Assembly: GCA_000934665.2 (NCBI GenBank)
Contig: JYFJ02001349.1
Span: 1 to 64,000 of the forward strand
DNA from: Catajapyx aquilonaris
Lineage: Eukaryota
Length of the DNA stretch: 64,000 nt
Direction: 5' to 3'
Every line of letters starts with the position of its first letter. Within the stretch, counting starts at the first letter, position 1. Shown here piece by piece: positions 13,524 to 28,022 of this stretch. A model generated the notes under the pieces. That model did not search any database. It saw only the letters and a program-made list of their open reading frames with translations, and had not been told where the DNA came from. Both the position numbers and the translations under genes were made by a program.

Positions 13524-14620
13524 AATACAGTGTATTCAGTATGTAACTAACTTGTAAGTTCAGCCTGAATAGGCAGCAATGACCCAACACCTCAATTTAA
13601 TGCAACCCACAATCACAACCCAAACGCAGTGGGCTAACTAAGTGTGATAAAGCCCTCATGAAGACGCGGCGTAGTTATGTCATGCAGGCCTACTAAACAC
13701 TAGTTACCTCGAAAATTGGCCTGTCTTAATGCAAGAGGCAAGATATGACAACTCCGCGTCTTCCCGAAAGCCGTGTCACCGAAAGTTATTACGTTTAGAT
13801 TAGGATATGGGGAGGGACTAAGATAAGGTGCATCACGACTGCTCTTTAAGGTAGAATACAGAATACTTGTATGTGTGTTGGGTTGACTGGTATATAAGGA
13901 CAGTCTGTCATGCACCTATTGACAAAATGAAGGTATCAAATTGTCCGAACATACGCAAATAGCCACGCAGTATGCCCAGACTGTGTAACGCAGAGCTCTA
14001 GCGTCGAGGTCGATAAGCACGAAATAGCTCCTAGACCTTGATATAGGTACACGCAGCAAAACAAGATGGGCTATTCCACCTACGAGCTCAGCCGCTTCTA
14101 AACCGCCCCTGTAATTTCCAGGTGCAATTAATAAACCTCCCTTGCAATAACCTTTGGAAACAAGCTCTGACCACACACCTGCTTAATAATTTTCAGCATA
14201 CTTAGACCTATTATTATGCTCGCACTGCACGATCAATTTTCTGGCTCAGCCCCCCTACTAACGATTAGCAGAGACCCTTCCGCGCAGAGTGTCATCGTAA
14301 ACATTTCCATTATGCAACAAAGGCCACTAAAATCCTTCCATGGCGGTATGTGTGGGTCGCCCACACTTTCCACTTCTCCAATGTTCCAGTCTTTCTTCCC
14401 GGCTTTTGAAATCAGTTCTAATCTGGCAACTCACACATGGCAAGTGGAAACATGCATGGATTCATTTTAGTCTCACCTTCAGAATCCATCATTCTACACC
14501 TGACTCGCCTGTCGGCTGGTCACATTATTACTCCCCGCCCCTCCTCCCGATTATACCTTAACTAGTTGGGTATTACGTTCACCAACTCGCCACCAGTACA
14601 GCGCCTGGTGTGCTGATTTC

Positions 14621-14781
14621 ACTCTCGTGTAAACATAAAAACAGTCTTTGGTTTTGCAAGGTGTTGCAATTGAAACATCTTAGTTTTTTTATGCCTATGC
14701 CATAGGTATTTTAAAAAACTAAGATGCTTCAATTGCAACACCTTGCAAAACCAAAGACTGTTTTTATGTTTACGCGAGAGT
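14621..14781. mobile_element. 161-bp near-perfect palindrome (hairpin MITE)
   Basis: ACTCTCGTGTAAACATAAAAACAGTCTTTGG... is mirrored by ...CCAAAGACTGTTTTTATGTTTACGCGAGAGT, with a few mismatches and a minimal loop near 14700. Confidence 0.85.
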
Positions 14782-15186
14782 AGCCAGGAATGGTGGACAT
14801 TGTGGCAGTGGAATTAGACACCATGATCTCACTTCTTTGCGGACCAATCTTAAATATGGAAGCGGAATTTTGTCACACACACACCGTATATTTCATATAC
14901 GTGTTGAGATAAAAGAAATATTTCAATTGGAAGTAGCTTTTTCGGACCCAAGAGCAAAATGCAATGCAAAACCTCATAAGCGGAACCCGCGGAAACGGAC
15001 ACCAATTACTTCCAACATAATTAAAATATTAATTTTTAGAGTCATCAGGGTAAGCAGGAGTATATTACCTTAGTGTACATTGAAAAATAAAATTAATTCG
15101 ATCAAAATTAACCGAGTTACAGCTGGTTTACACTGCTCTGGGCTCAGGAGTAGCAAGGCCGATGTCCACCATTCCTGGAGACTACT
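14779..15186. mobile_element. Non-autonomous DNA transposon/MITE
   Basis: Inverted termini AGTAGCCAGGAATGGTGGACAT and ATGTCCACCATTCCTGGAGACTACT. The right end runs into TTAA. The left end abuts the 14621-14781 palindrome. Confidence 0.6.
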
Positions 15187-15595
15187 TAAATTTAATGGTT
15201 ACTCAGAATGATACACATGACACAAATTTTTAATTCTTTTCATATATGACGCTTTGCGCAGTTGTTGCGTGAAGCCAGATAGAAATTCAGGGAGTGTGTT
15301 GTCGATATAGAATCGAGCAACATTCAACGTGGAACAGGGGTGCTGCAATTCAAGAATATCGAAAAGGCCTCCGATTTGACGCTGAGTCGGAGGCAAGCGA
15401 GAATGGTCTCTGTCACTCTCTACTTTACAAAAGTAAAGTGGTCACGCAAAGTTTGTAAAAGATGGAGACTGCTGTGTCAGGTAACGGCTGCCTAAAGCTT
15501 ACGTTTTGTAAAATTGTACACTTTTGGAACTAATTACCGTAATGTGAATATCAATGAAACATGGTGTAATACTTCCAAATAACACTGCCTAAATT

Positions 15596-15852
15596 CACAA
15601 TGATATGGAAAAGGGCGTAAGTCACAATGAGAAATGTGCCACAAAAAGAAAAACAGGTAGCCTCCATTTAAATGTTAAACTCATAAACTGCTTTTACTTT
15701 AAATTTTCATGACTTTGTGTTAACAAATCCAACAATACAAAATCTTTTGTGTAATAAAATCTGCTTCAAGGTGTTCTCAAAACGGTTTTTTCCCTAGCCC
15801 CTGTGAAAAAATATTATTTGTGCCGACTTACGCCCTTTCCCATGTCAACGTC
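15596..15852. mobile_element. MITE with ~28-bp TIRs
   Basis: CACAATGATATGGAAAAGGGCGTAAGTC pairs with GACTTACGCCCTTTCCCATGTCAACGTC. Flanked by the direct repeat TAAATT (15590-15595, 15853-15858). Confidence 0.7.
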
Positions 15853-18755
15853 TAAATTTATAATAGAAGTCACGACACTAGACTACATGTCTACAATACA
15901 GAATCTAAATAAAATAGTCTGTATGCTACATTTCAAACGCTTCTTGTAAACATTTTAGAACTCATTTACGAATCTTTAGGACTTAAAATTCGGTCTGAAC
16001 AAATAAGCAATTTATTATGAATGTGACTTTTGGATGTCCCGTATTGTCCTGTCATTATTAAACCCGCCATGACTCTAGGCAATATTATATAAAGAGCGAG
16101 CTTTTTTGGGTACGGCCATATGGATTAACAAAATTGGAAGGTTACCAAGTAGTCATTTTTTTCGCCAATACAAAACCGTCCGCTATTTCCTTGATCCTTC
16201 TCACTGTATAATCACAGGGCTTCTGACATTTTGCTCTACTCTATGATTTAAGAATTCATGACTCATGAAATTAGCTGTCACGCATCAGTAAAATATCAGA
16301 AAGGTCAGAGATGGTAGCATAGTAATTAAAATATATTATCTCCCTTCTCCTTCAGTAAAATCTTCATCAAACAAAGTGCTCTCACCAAGTGGCAGTTTAT
16401 GAGTTTCTCTTGCACTGTTCTTAAAGAGTAACCTGTAATTTTACAATTAAAACGCGAATCGGCTTACTTCTACTGCATCCTAAAGTGCTGGTCGTTATTA
16501 CCGCTCCTCATACCGATCACATCAGCTGTAGTATAGCCATGTATTGTACGGTCGTACTCATATTACCCAACCAAGCAAATGAGGTCGGTCTCCTTTCATT
16601 AATATCGCCCCTCAAAATCCCAGCTATGGGCACAAACTGCTACTTAAATTGATGGGATACAGCAGCAGCTCAGGGCTCAATAAATCTGAGAAATCCTTTC
16701 ATCAGTACGCTGTTGTGGCAAATTGTAGTGACTGGTCAAACATGCGGGGTGTCGCCGTCAAGCCCAAATTACTGAACTGGGTAGCGGGAGAGTGCAACTT
16801 CATCAAGGAATTATTATGTTCTTGTGTAACTTAAATCTGCATACTTACTATTAGACTGCCGCTTTCAAAGCTAATGAATGTTTCACTTCCAGACTTTCAG
16901 ACTCTTGAAACCAAATCTCATGTGATAAGCTGCATGGAAAGGGTATAATATCCGCGATTTTGGACCCACCCTTTATGCGACTATTTTCAGATCTATCAGA
17001 TGAGGTCCGGCATATTTTGAAGGCACTGGCAGACATAATTATAGGCACTGGTGCAGACATAGGATACCATTACCTACTTTGTACACCCGCATAGTACAGA
17101 TTACTATCAACCTACACTTTTCCTGCTTTTTTTTGCTCTTTCGACATTCACAACTCACAAGATTGTATATCTCCGATTACGGGACTAGCTGCAATGATTG
17201 TCAGGCAACACACTGAGCGTTAAGCATAGGATTTATCGCCACACTTATCGTTTCCATATCCGTGTATCATTATATCTGTGCGTGATCGGAGAGTTTACAG
17301 GGCTCCTTTCCATATAATGGCCCACATTACGGCAATATCACACAGCGATGCCCTGATTCGCTGTCCTGCTTGTTAGTGCATTATTGCTATAAGCCCTATT
17401 GAAACGAATGATTTCGCTCATCCTGTAAATAATTTGACGAGCTCAGTGCAATTACAAAATCGCTCCAGTTTTGCCATGCTATTTGCGGCGTTCATTGTCC
17501 ATGTTCAAGAACCGCAATTTATTTACGGAAAAATTCAAAAAGTTTGTGTGTCATATTAATAACTGAAAGAAATATCGCATGCTGTTTCTACTATAGTAGT
17601 TCTCTACCACAAATGGGACATGACTACTAATTACACTCGACTTGCTACTGTTATGCCTATTGCATTAAAAAAAGTTGTCATCACTCATCATTCGTGTGAA
17701 ACTAACTAATCTTCATTTGAACTGTACCTCCAAACTTTCTCCTCAGGTTATACGGTATTCTGAAAGATCGAATATTACGAATAAAACCTGAATATGAATG
17801 AATATTTCTGAGCGGAAGTAACGTTTTAAACCCACACTGCCTTGAGCGGATGATGAGTACTCACGGGGTTAAAGGGATTAAAAATAACTATTTTGTGCCA
17901 GTGTCCCCCTCTCCTCCCCCCCAGGGGCCCAGTTCTGTGGGATCAGTGGGACCTTTGATGTGGCCACATACGAAACCATATAGGCATAATTATGCTGTCC
18001 TACATGTTCCTGAACATGTGGTTCAAACTACCGCTATTATGCGGCTATTTAAGTATTCCATTTGGGGTGTATTAATTTTGTGCTACCCAGGGGTGTTCCT
18101 TTCTGCAAGTATGCCATCCGGCCTCCAGTGGCTTATTACACCCAAAAGAATATCAAATATAGCGGCTAGAAAATATATACTATATACAGCATGGGGCTGC
18201 ACCTAAGACACGCGGCAACCCACATTGCACCTTTCCACCTGTGGGATACGCAAGCTAGATTTCCACAGATACTTTCGGGACATCCTATACGGTATATGTA
18301 AGACCGTCTCTGACATCCACCTTGTAAATCAAACCGGGTTTGACATGTTGGGGAGAAAGGGGTGGGAGAGGTAAGTGAAGGAGCTGAGAGAAATGACCCG
18401 GGGGAAAGCTTTTGAACGCTCCCTCGCACCAAATTGTCACGATGGGAAAAACAAACTAATCGCCCTCTGTATCCACAAAAGGGCTTAGAATGCAATCAAA
18501 CACTTGAACAACTGGTTAGCAGGGTACCCTTGAGCTTACTTCCCCTTTAATTTACTTCCCACGGCTCTTGTATTCTGTGAAAATGGTCTGTCATTTTCGA
18601 GACGGATTGGCCACCAGACTCCATTTTCTTTCTTCACTCTTGCTCTCTTTCCGTCCGCCACAGATTGTCTCTAGAACTTACTCTCTTGTGTTCAAAAGTC
18701 TCTTTGTGTTAAGCATCCCAGCGATGAATATTACCTTCAAATTGTTGCCAAAATA

Positions 18756-19182
18756 CAGGGTGTATCTGAACTCAGTGCCCCGACGTATATGACTGCCTTC
18801 CTAGCCACCAGAGGATCGATTTAAGTATAGGAGTCATATGTCTGGGCAGCCTCATTACTGAGATACACTCTTTAGCGATTTTTGCCTAATCGCTCCTTCT
18901 GACTTTTAAATAGAATTTTCTGGTGTAACTAGCCAAAGAGGCCTTACCACCTGTGGGCAACAAACCAACAAAGTCCCGCCCCCAGACCTTCCAGAGCCTT
19001 CTGACTGGGGGAGGGTTCGATGGGTGGCCTAACCGACAGGATATTTTGTACTATACATGTTTGCGGCCAATTATCTCCGTAATGAGGCTGCCCAGACATA
19101 ATGACTCCTATACTTAAATCGATCCTCTGGTGGCTAAGAAGGCAGTCATATACGTCGGGGCACTGAGTTCAGATACACCCTG
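18756..19182. mobile_element. Tc1/mariner-type MITE with ~110-bp TIRs
   Basis: TA|CAGGGTGTATCTGAACTCAGTGCCCCGACG... and ...CGTCGGGGCACTGAGTTCAGATACACCCTG|TA. TA target duplication and near-identical arms. Confidence 0.92.
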
Positions 19183-19263
19183 TATAATATTGTGCATTGC
19201 CTACAGTGAATGTTAGAGCACAAATCCATCAGAGATCGAACCCCAGTGGTATAGTTCAGGCAG

Positions 19264-19339
19264 CAATCTCATAAATTTTCGACCCACCATCAAAATGGCC
19301 CTTTCCGAAAGTTAAGTCATCATCAGGATGAAGACATTG
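19264..19339 (-). ncRNA. Degenerate minimal hammerhead-ribozyme-like motif (Penelope-like remnant)
   Basis: The minus strand reads TCATC-CTGATGA-T-GAC[32 nt]GTC-GAAA-ATTT-ATGA, giving the core boxes CUGAUGA/GAAA, stem II GAC/GTC and partial stem I TCAT/ATGA. Stem III is not canonical. Confidence 0.3.
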
Positions 19340-19599
19340 GTGTGCTTTGTAAACACTCGAAGAACTTCCTCCAACGACCCATTCGTTCTCCTGCACTTCT
19401 CTTCTATGTTTTGACTTTTTATTAAATCAACTCTCTCTCTCCCTCTCTCTCTCCCTCTCCTCTCCTACCCTTGCGATTGTCTTGTCCCTTACCTGCAGAA
19501 CTTTTTTTTTGTATAACTTTATCTTGATTGACTACAATAGGATTGAAAAGAGCTTAGTATGCTTGCATTATAGGGCAGTGCATTTAGCCTAATAATTTT

Positions 19600-19830
19600 A
19601 CATAATATATTATAATTTATTGATAATAATATAATAATATAATAATAATATAATAATAAATAATATAATAATATAATAATAAATAATATAATAATATAAT
19701 AATAATATAATAATAAATAATATAATAATAATAATATAATAATAATATAATAATAATATAATAATAAATAATATAATAATAATAATAATAATAATATAAT
19801 TATTTATATGTATAATACTTATATGCATAA
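19600..19830. repeat. AT-only low-complexity (ATA/ATAATA)n tract
   Basis: About 200 bp composed almost entirely of A and T in degenerate TAA/TATAA units. Confidence 0.9.
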
Positions 19831-22127
19831 GTTGATAAATTTATTATTGACTACAAAATAATGTAATATTCAATTAGTAAACTGTATGTGAGGTACCGGT
19901 ATAGGATTTATAATTTATCTCGAATACGCAGTATTCTTACCCCCTTATAAGCATAAATGTTTTTTCAGCATAATTATTCACGAATGATATTTGGTCACTT
20001 CCCAGCGGTCATTGTGGCCAATAGGAGTTTGAATTAATTTGGCACTAAAATGATTAAAATTAATGAAACAGATACTTTCAGAAAACTACTGTAGCCTACT
20101 ATTTTGGGGTCAACATTAGATTGTCGTCCATTCATAAGACAGAATAACTGGGCTGACGATGAGCAGAATGAGATTCAAGTAAGGAGTCGGAGAGATGGAA
20201 GCGGAACGCCATCTTGAATCCGGATTCACATATTGTGGCTCATGTAAGCGGAAATTAAAGGCGCCCTTGAGGCATTTCGGAGTGGATAACTGGGTAGTTA
20301 CATTTTGGCACGAGCCATCCGAGAGCCTTTGGCACACAATTGCCGACTCTTAGCAGGTGCTTGTTAAAGTTCACTACTGATTGGATTGGGATTCAAAATG
20401 CCTCTTTTCCAGCTTTCCTGCCTATAGGAAATCAAGTGCTTGGATATCGTACGAGATTCCGCCTTTGGAAGGTGTGTGCTTGCCAGTTGCCACCAATCTT
20501 GGAAATTTTGAGAGGCTCTTAAAGTACATATAAAAATAAATCAAAATAAAAATGCTTCGCTCGGGGTATAACTCGCTAATTGAAATAAGAAAAGAATTCA
20601 AATCATGCTGCATAATTACTTACTATATAAGCATGTAGGTCATTATAAACTTAATGCCATGTTGTGCAAAAGTATACCGAGCTCGTTATCTCAAATGCAT
20701 TATAAACTTAAGTGGTGATTTTTTAAATTCGTAATTTCTCCACGATGGGACCATTGGCATAGTCGGCTTCACACATCAAACCTGACAATTAGAATGCCGA
20801 AGTTGTCCCTAGGATCGTTTTCTGGGATTTGATGAGGGACCACGGTCCCATAGGAACTTGCATATCGTGCATTTCGTTCGAGATGAGAGTCACATGTCAG
20901 ATCAGAACAGATTCAACCAGACCCGAATAATCACACTTCAAGTTTGATAGGGCAGGAATTTTGGCTGAAATGGGAAAGCCCTGTGGGTGGGCGCTAGAGG
21001 GGAGAGTGGGTAACGTGTTTGCATGATTCCTCGGCGTTTAATTGCACGGGTCTGCCACTAACTTGCGATACAGGGTGTATTTGCACTCAACCCACAAGCT
21101 TTATGTGGTATTCAAGTCAACTTCTGTCCCCAATAATATTAGCACATTTTAATATTTTTTCTCTGCAGTTACGGAACATGTATACGCGTATGAGGTATAG
21201 TCTGTCATAGTTTGTTCCGTGACATGGTTGATCATGGACTGTTGCTTTTGACGAGGATTCTTTCTCCATTGCCAGCAATCTTCTGTTCTGCCGGGTAATC
21301 TTACGATACATTTGGGATGATCATATAGTGCAACCTTAGCAGCTTGGCACCTAATAGAAATAAGACTGTCCTGTTTTCGTGGACCGTCAGCCAGTAGGAG
21401 GAATGAGGCGGGAGGATGGAAAGGGCTGGGTGGCCGTCGTTTTCAGCGAAAAGGGAGGCGAGGTTGACGGTAGATAGAGCTCGGGGGGTTAGTGGGGGAA
21501 CCAGGCGGGAAAAAAACCTGGGGAAAAAAACACCGCCGCTACTCTGGCAGCGAGCGTGGCCATTGAGTTACCCCAGCTCAATAAAGTTGGCTTCACCTAC
21601 GGAGTTGCACATTGGCTTCCACCCCCTGTATCCCCTCCCTTCCCTCGGTTGACAAGGCCGTCGGGTGCGGCATGCAAAGCCGTGCCCTGCAGTGCCCCGG
21701 CTACACTTACACCCGAGCAGAGTCGAAACTTGACCAGCTCTAGAGGTGGGAGGCGTCTGTAATAACACTTAGGGATGGGCAAGAGGACCAGCTGCACAAC
21801 TACCTCGGGGATTTCTCTCAAGTGCCAGATTTCAATTACATGCACCAGCTGGGAGTCACTTTCTTTCTCTAATACTTTGCCCTGGAATTACCTGGGATCC
21901 TTATGAAACGGGGCTAAGAGAGTCACTTCACTACCGAGTCAGCCGAGTCAGCTTTACTGTCATTTCTATTTCTTTTTTATTTTTTAAATCGCGGGGCCAG
22001 TAGTAAGGTCAGCCACGGTAACATATTAGTATAATTATTACGTTCAATGTGCTGTAGACCGTTCAAATCATTTTTGGCACTAATCATGTTCGCTAGGTGA
22101 AACGTAGAGATGTTAACAGACCTGCAT

Positions 22128-22240
22128 ACATGTTCGCATGGGTTTTCTCGGGGTTCTCACGTTTTTCTCCACATTCAAAATCCATCAGCAGGGCAGGTGA
22201 TAAATTAACTGGAATTGAAGACATGCTTCCCTCAAGGCTA
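22128..22240 (+). mobile_element. 5'-truncated SINE family C fragment
   Basis: TGTTCGCATGGGTTTTCTCGGGTTCTCACGTTTTTCTCC..CAAAATCCA..AAGACATGCTTCCCTCAAGG matches the body and 3' part of 3298-3581. Confidence 0.65.
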
Positions 22241-22683
22241 GTCATCAACTTGGAGTCTACATGATTGTGTCACTTGAAAAGGGACGCTGCATAAACTTTC
22301 ATTCATATTTAAAATTTACCTCTACTAAATCACTCGCCTTATTTCAGGATATTACAAAGGCGGTTAAGTTCTGCAAGTTTACAGCCTATACTTTGCAAGT
22401 ATTCAGCCACTCCTAACACTCACTATAATAATTATGGTGAATGCGACACGCACGTCTGGGAGAAGCCGCTAGCAGGTGGAAATGACACTCACATTTATCA
22501 TCATGTGCCGTAGCCTATATGCCAATACTGTACGGTGCACTGAGTTAAAACTTTCAGTGGTTTGGGAAAGAAGGAGCAGAGAAGTGGTCGTAAAGTGGAC
22601 TGAATGCGATCGCGGGCCGTCCGTCGAGTGTCCTACGATATGGAGAAACGATGTTGATCATGTTTGGTCAAGTTCGTTCATAT

Positions 22684-23295
22684 CAGTATAACCCAACCTT
22701 GAGTATAACCTGCTATAAGTCGAATCTCCACGGGACCGGGAAAAAACTTCGAGTTATAGAAGATTCGAGTTAGAGAAGTTTGGATTTCTTAAAGCACATG
22801 ACTCTATAAGGAAGCCTACCTTTATATCCAGCGACGAAAGGTGTTCAAAACTTAAAAATAATATTGTCAGTATCACACTTACAATGTTCCTCATTGTTTT
22901 GTTGTGAAAAAACGCCGTTATGGACATTTACCTAGATCGGCTCTCACTCTTAATAAAGGACCAGGTGCGGATGGCATGCGTCATTACTGGTAGACAGAGA
23001 TCGGGAAAGAGCATTTTTGTACATGTGGCCTATATACTCTCGACCCTTCTGAGAAATGAGACAAATTTCCGTCTTCGCCAACATGAACTTGGACTTAGGG
23101 AGACTGAAAATGCATTGATATCCCATCGTAAGGCCCTGCCTGCACTTCGAGTTATGGAGAACTTCGAGTTATAGAAATTCTAGTTAGGGAAGTTTATTTC
23201 CTATTATTTTACATTGTGACCAACCAAGCTCATCATTTTCTTCGACTTATAGAGAACTGCGACTTAGGGAAGTTCGACTTATAGAAGTTTTACTG
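22684..23295. mobile_element. pogo/Tigger-like MITE
   Basis: Termini CAGTATAACC(17-bp duplication)TGCTATAAGTCGAA and TTCGACTTATAGAAGTTTTACTG, with multiple subterminal TTCGA(G/C)TTA repeats. A second copy lies at 38119-38445. Confidence 0.8.
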
Positions 23296-23740
23296 ATATG
23301 TTTTTTTCTAAAACAATTTCCTGTAGTTTTCCCATTGCAATTTTTTGTTCACCTGAGGAGTATTCCCATGTTTCCTGTCGTGAATTAGACCTAGACTGTA
23401 TCGACTAATGGAAAATAATAATCAGGGCCACGAATTATGTTTTACGCTTATTCTTTCACAAAATATTTTAATTTCAATAGACAAATGCCTTCCATTAAAT
23501 TGAAAATCAATCTCAACCCCATAACACCATCTCATTGTTCATTAATTGAACTGAAATTTAACTGACATCGCTCTATACGCGATTCTTTTAAAAAGTTTCA
23601 TCTCCACATCATGTGTATCAGACTGAGTTTATACACCTGTATCGGTGGAAATTTCCCAATGTCTAAGGGGTCTCTCATAAGTAGTTATTAATGAATGATG
23701 TGAGCTAACTGAAACACGTGGTGCATAATATTATACTATA

Positions 23741-24694
<954 letters not shown>

Positions 24695-25234
24695 ACAATA
24701 GGCATTTCCATCAATTTAGAAAGTCTCAAAAATGCAGGAGGAAAAAATTATTAATCACTAGTAAATCTTAAAGGTGTAGAATTCAGTATGTTTCATTGTG
24801 AGTCATTGTCATAGTCGATATCGATGTTGGGGTCTCCTGAAGTAATGGGGTCGAAGGTAAAGGTTGATATAAAATACAAGAGACGTCAAGACGAGAGGTC
24901 TAGGCAAGAAAATTCCGAGAAGCGCTAACCATCGCATTGGACGAAACTTTCACAGACCTTTTGATCCTGAACATCTATTGGCATGGAATCCTGGTGCCTT
25001 TTCGGCTTACTGTATTTTGTGACAATGCGCTTTTTGTTCTCAACTTTAGCACTAAGTTACTGTTGCAATAATAGTCGATAAATTAATGCAAGTTGTTCAC
25101 AACATATCATTCGTAACTTCTAATTCGTCAGCTGTGAGTTCCTTATGCACCTCTGAGCAATGCGAGATTATTGAGCAGGCTGTGCAGTTAATATTGCATG
25201 GTTTGAACTTTTGAAGGACGGGCATAACCTCATT

Positions 25235-25306
25235 TGCCTCTGCCGGGAATCGAACCCAGGTCCACACTCATGCAGAGCATGTGTTTTGCCACTAAACTAC
25301 AGAGGT
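25235..25306 (-). pseudogene. tRNA-Ala(TGC)-like pseudogene or tRNA-derived fragment
   Basis: 72-nt cloverleaf: acceptor CCTCTG/CAGAGG, D stem GTTT/AAAC, anticodon loop TCTGCAT, T arm CTGGG-TTCGATT-CCCGG. It has a 1:72 mismatch, C instead of U33, an anticodon-stem mismatch and no oligo-T terminator. Confidence 0.65.
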
Positions 25307-28022
25307 TGTTGAACTATAGCCCTGGGATGGCAGCATATACACTTATGTTTTGCCACTATTACAATCCTGTCATTCTAAAACAAATTGAGGAGTGACGTCA
25401 CTTTTTCCGGCCAACTGAATACCTCCATAGCTGCAATAATTGCCATATTGTTTGTACCTTGGAGAAAACTGCAATGAATCTGGAGCACCAAAAATGAAAC
25501 TCAAAGTTAACTGACTTTGACTTAGCTGAACTAATTTGCAATAATCCTGTATTATGGCACGTGTAGAGTGGCCCCACAATGTAGTGAACTGCTCTGCGGG
25601 TCTCTTCCCCCACAGAATTTCTTCAGCCGGAATTTCCCTTCTGGAAAGCGCAAACATTTCTCCAGGCCTCCATATGCAAATCAAGAAGCGCTGCGGTATC
25701 AAAATAATGCTCCGGAAATTGGGTTCCTAGGTCTAGCCAGTCCACCCTCTTTGCGTGGTAGATGGGAGGATGGAGGGGAGTATAGGTGATGGGGAGAGAG
25801 GTAAGGAGGGGGGGGGGAGATGGAGCTATCCGCAGACCCACACACCACACCCAGCGGCAAACATCGTTCCGGCTGGGAAGACTGCAATTCTCTTCAGGGT
25901 GGGGAGATCGCTCCAGGTGAGAAAGAGTGGGCAGAGGGAGAGTTCGGCTGGGTGGGGTGAATTGTGCCCCGAGGGTGGCAGAGGTGCAGATTGATTCTAG
26001 GGCGCTCCCATGCACTCCACGCCTGAAGCCTTCTAGTGGCTGCCCTCCACCCAGGAATTGCCTATAATCGGGGTACCCCGGGTGACTCCACTCCACACTT
26101 TGCATGATAATATTTCCTATGTCTGGAAATTCACTTGACCATGCTTCCCCCTCTCCCTGCCTTTAAAAACAAAAATAAAACCGCGCTATTGCAGCCTGTA
26201 CTGATCTATATCCTATATAAGGTCATTTTAAAGGGCGTTTTATTACGCTGTTTGTTAAGAATATCAGCCATGTACTGTTTCGCTTCAATCAGAAAGTAGC
26301 GTCTGGAAACTTCGGCCATCAAAGTTATGAAGGCACGGTCCCCATAATCTTTATTATCCACTCAGGCCCCCAACTTTTGTATTTTACTTCCACTGTATTG
26401 CATTATACGTGCAATAAAACCCTTGAATACTCCTTTTGAGCATAAATCTGATTGTCAAACGGAAATTATGACCTCCCTTGCCGATCTGGGGCTCAAAAGC
26501 AATTTGAGAAACGCTGTGGACAATGAGAGAAGTTGCCAAGTGAAATTCTATGACCAGGCACTTGAATGAATCCCACAACTGGCTATCTCTGAGGCCATTC
26601 AGATTCAATGTTTAACATTTCAAGCAGCTAGTCCAACTGTCAACAGCCGATGCAGTACCTGCTGCATGCCCTTCTCTATCACTCCTCTGCATCTTCCTCC
26701 TTGGACCCGCGCAAGAATAACCAGGTTGGCACTACATAGAATATTATCAGTTAATCTCCTACCTACGTCAAGCTAATGCGGAGTTTTATTACAATTCGGC
26801 GTAACATTGAAAAATATTGGATAGCCTATACCCTATAGGCTATAATATTATAGTTTTATTAAATCCTTCCTGCACATCTGTTATTACTCGAGTCAGATAT
26901 TGTAACTGTAGACTTCGCTAATGAGCCTGTAGCTTATGGGATAACACAAATTAGTAGCTCTCTACACTGTAGAGAAACAGGTTTGGTAAAGGGGAAAGTC
27001 AATGCAGGAGGCGGGTCGGTGTTGCCAAATAAAGTTGCCACAACTTATTCAAATTGATTTATGGAAACACTATGCCCAAAGGGATCCATTTCATGATAGT
27101 TTTTCCCTCGAACTGCCACAATTTTTAATGGAGGTTGCCTCTAATATACTGTAAGGTAAAAAAAATGAACTTTAGTTTTTTCCTACTTATTCCAGAATTT
27201 TGAAAATTAGCATTTAAAATTGAGAAATTTTGCATTGTTCCTATTTTAAAATCGACACAGAAGACACCAGTAACCTTGATAATTTAGCTATTACTGGCTT
27301 TCCAATTAATATGTTAGGGATTGCTAAATTGATCGTTTCCACGAATTTGCAACTATTATATGATAGTGATATTCATTCACTCTTGCTAATAATAATACCA
27401 CGATAATAAAATGACTCGGTCACTTGCTTACTCTTGAATTAAGCCGAGTATATTATTTTGACATCAAGAGATGCCAACTCCCGTAATGTAGACATATACA
27501 GTTAGTTGCATTTTCTCTTGAAAAAAGCTCAACGTTTCCCTGGGGGATCGTCAACTTTTTGTACTTGTGCAGAAGACCTTGGTAGTGCTGATGTAGGCCT
27601 AACCATAATTTTATAACTTTTCCAATTTCAAAATAATTCATATTATGCCCAATAATTCCACCATTTTTAGAGTGTCATGACCGGTACTTCAACAGCAATT
27701 ATTACTCGGAGAGATACATACAGAAATATTATTTAGAGGCAGTGCATTCTACCACACAAAGTATAGCAGGAAGATCCCGGTGGCATGCAATAATCAGAAA
27801 TTTAAAATTCAATAACGTAAATATTTTATAAGTATGTTAAAAGAAGTAACTATTACATTAATTTGACGTACACGACCAGTAAGAAATTGTGAGATCTGAC
27901 TTGCCATGGTCATCACTCCTTACGCCGAGAGGTGACCTCAGGGTCATGGTTTAATAGGCCTAATACATATGAACCAACAACACGCCTCAAAAGAGATTAT
28001 CTCAAGCCTCCCCAGGTCCACC

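Noticed and set aside
17826..17872. TTAA-ACCC...GGG-TTAA piggyBac-like mini element
   Set aside because: Too short, with only a 3-4 bp inverted match.
21367..21767. Solo LTR with TG...CA ends
   Set aside because: No matching 4-6 bp TSD for any TG/CA pair tested, so it is not called as a feature.
22720..23290. Repeated TTCGAGTTA motifs as a CRISPR-like array
   Set aside because: Short, irregularly spaced subterminal repeats of a MITE in a eukaryotic context, with no cas genes.
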